Assembly: GCA_964291675.2 (NCBI GenBank)
Contig: OZ219866.1
Span: 1,856,001-1,920,000, forward strand
Origin: Alphaproteobacteria bacterium
GTDB lineage: Bacteria > Pseudomonadota > Alphaproteobacteria > MPNO01
Reading direction: 5' to 3'
Length of the DNA: 64,000 nucleotides
Program-made: the position numbers and the translations under genes
Notes under the pieces: generated by a model
Databases searched by the model: none
Seen by the model: the letters and a program-made list of their open reading frames with translations, nothing else
Told to the model about the DNA's origin: nothing
Shown: positions 61,518 to 64,000 of the stretch, piece after piece
Numbering within the stretch: the stretch's first letter is position 1
Layout of the letters: each line of letters opens with the position of its first letter

Positions 61518-62265
61518 CAGCCTCGGCCGCGCGGCGGTGGCTCTCGGCATCGTCGTCGCGATCGCCTGGGCCTGGGCCGGGACCGGGTTCGATCCGGCCG
61601 CGCTCGGCATCGGCCTGCCCCGGCTCGGCGACTTCCTCGCCCGCATGGCGCCGCCCGATCTCAGCATCGCCGGCGTGGTGTTCCGGGCGATGCTGGAGAC
61701 GGTGCAGATCGCGCTGCTCGGCACCTTCCTCGGCGCTGTGCTCGCAATCGGGCTCGGCCTGCTGGCGGCCGCCAATTTGACGCCCGCCTGGGTCCACCAG
61801 CCGGTCAAATGGCTGCTCGGCGCGATCCGCGGAATCCCGGTGATCCTGCTCGCGCTGATGTTCGTCAGCGCCTACGGGCTCGGCCCGCTGCCCGGCGTGG
61901 CGGCGATCGCGCTGCATTCCTCGGGCATGCTGGGCAAGTTCTACGCCGAGGCGTTCGAGGCCGCCCGGCCCGGCCCGGTCGAGGCGCTGAGGACCGCCGG
62001 CGCGGCCTGGCCGCAGATCGTCCGCTTCGCGATGCTGCCCCAGATCGCCCCCGAGCTCGCCCGCGACACGCTGTTCCGCTTCGAGCTGAATCTGCGCGAA
62101 TCCCTGGTCCTCGGCCTGGTCGGCGCAGGCGGGATCGGCTTCTACATCCAGCTCTACGCCCGCGCATTCCACTACGACAAGGTGGCGACGCTGACGCTGG
62201 TCGTGCTGGCGATGGTGGTGCTGGTCGAGCAGGCGAGCGTGCTCGCACGGCGGCGGCTGAGCTGA
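61489..62265 (+). CDS. PhnE-like ABC transporter permease
   Basis: MLETVQIALLGT, GLGPLPGV, GMLGKFYAEAFE, RFELNLRESLVLGLVGAGGIG. Confidence 0.88.
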   Translation: MRAPLATWRSSLGRAAVALGIVVAIAWAWAGTGFDPAALGIGLPRLGDFLARMAPPDLSIAGVVFRAMLETVQIALLGTFLGAVLAIGLGLLAAANLTPAWVHQPVKWLLGAIRGIPVILLALMFVSAYGLGPLPGVAAIALHSSGMLGKFYAEAFEAARPGPVEALRTAGAAWPQIVRFAMLPQIAPELARDTLFRFELNLRESLVLGLVGAGGIGFYIQLYARAFHYDKVATLTLVVLAMVVLVEQASVLARRRLS

Positions 62266-62289
62266 GCGAGGAGAGTCCGCGCGGCAACG

Positions 62290-62397
62290 CGTCCTTCGAT
62301 ACGCGGCTTCGCCGCTACTCAGGATGAGGTTGGAGGGTGGCGGTCCAGACTTCCCCCTCATCCTGAGTAGCCGCCGAAGGCGGCGTATCGAAGGACG
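62290..62397. repeat. Inverted pair of empty family-1 REP-like units between convergent genes
   Basis: CGTCCTTCGATACG..CTACTCAGGATGAGG (62290-62329) and its inverse (62356-62397). Confidence 0.82.
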
Positions 62398-62403
62398 CCC
62401 CGG

Positions 62404-62946
62404 CTAGCTCGCGATCTGCGGGCCCATCTGCTTGACCGCGCCGGTCTCCAGGTTGAAGGCGATGCGCGGGATCACGTCCAGATTGGTTCCCGTCACCCGG
62501 ACGAAGCGCGCGTCGTCGGGATAGTCGATCGAGTGGATCTTGCCGTCCGCATAGATCCCGGCATGCCCCGGCGTCAGCCGGTAGGATTTTTCCGGCCGGA
62601 CCTCGCCGCGGCCGGGATCCGAGCCGTCGTCGAGCCGCTCCCACTCGGTCATGTCGGTGTATTTGGTCGCCTGGCCGTAGATCGCCCAGGAGGCGCCGTG
62701 GTCGTGCGGCGGCGAGACCCGCGCGCTCGCGTTGATGTGGGACAGCACCTGGAAGCCGAGATCGGGATCGTCGTAGAGCACGCGGACCCCGCGCTCGACG
62801 CCCGGCCCGCAATATTCCTCGACGAACTCGGGCACCCGGAGCAGCCGTTCGAGGTCGCGGCGGACCTTCTCGCGACCGCCGGGGCCGGGGTCTTCGCCGA
62901 GATGCCTGCGGCAGTCCTGACAGAACTCTTCCAGCGTATAGGCCAT
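62404..62946 (-). CDS. Cysteine dioxygenase-like cupin protein
   Basis: LYDDPDLGFQVLSH...SPPHDHGASWAIYG...IHSI; three-His cupin pattern. Confidence 0.7.
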   Translation of the reverse strand: MAYTLEEFCQDCRRHLGEDPGPGGREKVRRDLERLLRVPEFVEEYCGPGVERGVRVLYDDPDLGFQVLSHINASARVSPPHDHGASWAIYGQATKYTDMTEWERLDDGSDPGRGEVRPEKSYRLTPGHAGIYADGKIHSIDYPDDARFVRVTGTNLDVIPRIAFNLETGAVKQMGPQIAS

Positions 62947-63025
62947 GGGTCGTGCTCCCTCGATCCTCGCGGTCTCGTGCGATCTATCCTGCCACAGGGT
63001 TGGGGAACGGTGCTAGTCTCGGCGC

Positions 63026-64000
63026 ATGGCCCGGCCCGTCTCATCCGACCCGCCGCCCGCCGGCAAGCGCGCGCAATTCGCCTGGTGTCTCTACGACTGG
63101 GCCAATTCGGGCTTCCCGACGGTCATCGTCACCTTCGTCTTCGCCGCCTATTTCTCGCGCGCGGTAGCCGAGAACACCATCCAGGGCACCGCCGCGTGGG
63201 GCCACGCGCTGGCGATCTCGGGGGTGGCGATCGCGATCGTCAGCCCGATCCTGGGCTCGATCGCCGACCGCACGGGACGGCGCAAGCCCTGGCTCGGCGT
63301 CTTCGCCGCGATCACCATCGTTGCCTCGGCGCTGCTCTGGTACACCCGTCCCGAGCCGTCCTACGTGCTGTGGGCGCTGGTCTTCTTCGCCATCGCCAAT
63401 ACCGCCTTCGAGATCGGCAACGTGTTCTACAACGCGATGCTGCCGGGGCTGGCGGCGAAGGAGCGGATCGGCCGGCTGTCGGGCTGGAGCTGGGGGCTCG
63501 GCTATATGGGCGGGCTCTCTTGTCTCGGCCTGCTGCTGGTGCTGTTCGTCCAGGCCGAGACCCCGCTGTTCGGGCTCGACAAGGAGGCGGCCGAGCACAT
63601 CCGCATCGTCGGGCCGATGGTGGCGCTCTGGTTCGCCGTGTTCGCCATCCCGATCTTCCTCTGGACCCCCGACGAGGCGGGCAGGCGGACGACGGCGAGC
63701 GCGGCGATCCGCGAGGGGCTCGCCCAGCTCGCCGGCACGCTGCGCGAGATCAGGCGCCACGCCAATATCGCGCGCTTCCTGCTCGCCCGGCTGTTCTATG
63801 TCGACGGGATGAACACCATGTTCGCCTTCGGCGGCATCTACGCCGCCGGCACGTTCGGCATGTCGTTCGCCGAGATCATCCAGTTCGGCATCGCGCTCAA
63901 CGTCACCGCCGGGCTGGGCGCCGCCGGCTTCGCCTGGCTCGACGACCGCATCGGCTCCAAGCGCACCGTGCAGATCGGCATCTTGGGGCTGATCGCCTTC
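63026..64000 (+). CDS. UMF1/ATG22-like MFS transporter (runs off window edge)
   Basis: AWCLYDWANSGFPTVIVTFVFAAYF, SPILGSIADRTGRRK, VFYNAML, GWSWGLGYMGG, FYVDGMNT. Confidence 0.88.
   Translation, partial: MARPVSSDPPPAGKRAQFAWCLYDWANSGFPTVIVTFVFAAYFSRAVAENTIQGTAAWGHALAISGVAIAIVSPILGSIADRTGRRKPWLGVFAAITIVASALLWYTRPEPSYVLWALVFFAIANTAFEIGNVFYNAMLPGLAAKERIGRLSGWSWGLGYMGGLSCLGLLLVLFVQAETPLFGLDKEAAEHIRIVGPMVALWFAVFAIPIFLWTPDEAGRRTTASAAIREGLAQLAGTLREIRRHANIARFLLARLFYVDGMNTMFAFGGIYAAGTFGMSFAEIIQFGIALNVTAGLGAAGFAWLDDRIGSKRTVQIGILGLIAF

Noticed and set aside
59830-62265. Canonical phnCDE phosphonate or ptxABC phosphite uptake operon
   Set aside because: No catabolic partner genes, altered binding-site residues and a metal-regulator context; kept only as a fold assignment

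Overview
A very GC-rich chromosomal segment, most likely from an alphaproteobacterium (F1Fo zeta-subunit/DUF1476 gene, GTTC-N7-GTTC LexA-type boxes, purC-purS-purQ-purL-bolA-grxD synteny). Housekeeping genes are purC/S/Q/L, bolA, grxD, rpsD, dksA, a selD fusion, dgkA, speD/speE, sua5, cysQ, nrdAB and mntR. These are mixed with catabolic and transport genes: two TRAP systems, MFS/DMT carriers, Rieske and TauD oxygenases, CoA ligases, SDRs and a Mo-hydroxylase large subunit. No rRNA, tRNA or CRISPR array was seen. Four features stand out. (1) An operon divergent from mntR, behind an MntR-like operator, encodes a secreted di-haem peroxidase-family cytochrome and a PhnDCE-fold ABC transporter. Its binding protein has His/Glu/Tyr in place of the usual oxyanion ligands, making it a candidate new metal-uptake system. 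(2) Five non-autonomous elements with GGGGCTTATC terminal inverted repeats sit at the same position of a REP-like palindrome; four are complete with an 8-bp target duplication. (3) A 128-bp inverted repeat pair, each copy with a perfect parS palindrome, brackets a four-gene cassette and supplies the stop codons of both outer genes. (4) A 51-aa ORF is almost entirely signal peptide and would release a two-Cys octapeptide. Several decayed genes are also present (IS1595 transposase, higB, phd, a dctM fragment, two frameshifts). All calls come from reading the sequence by eye; no database searches were run.
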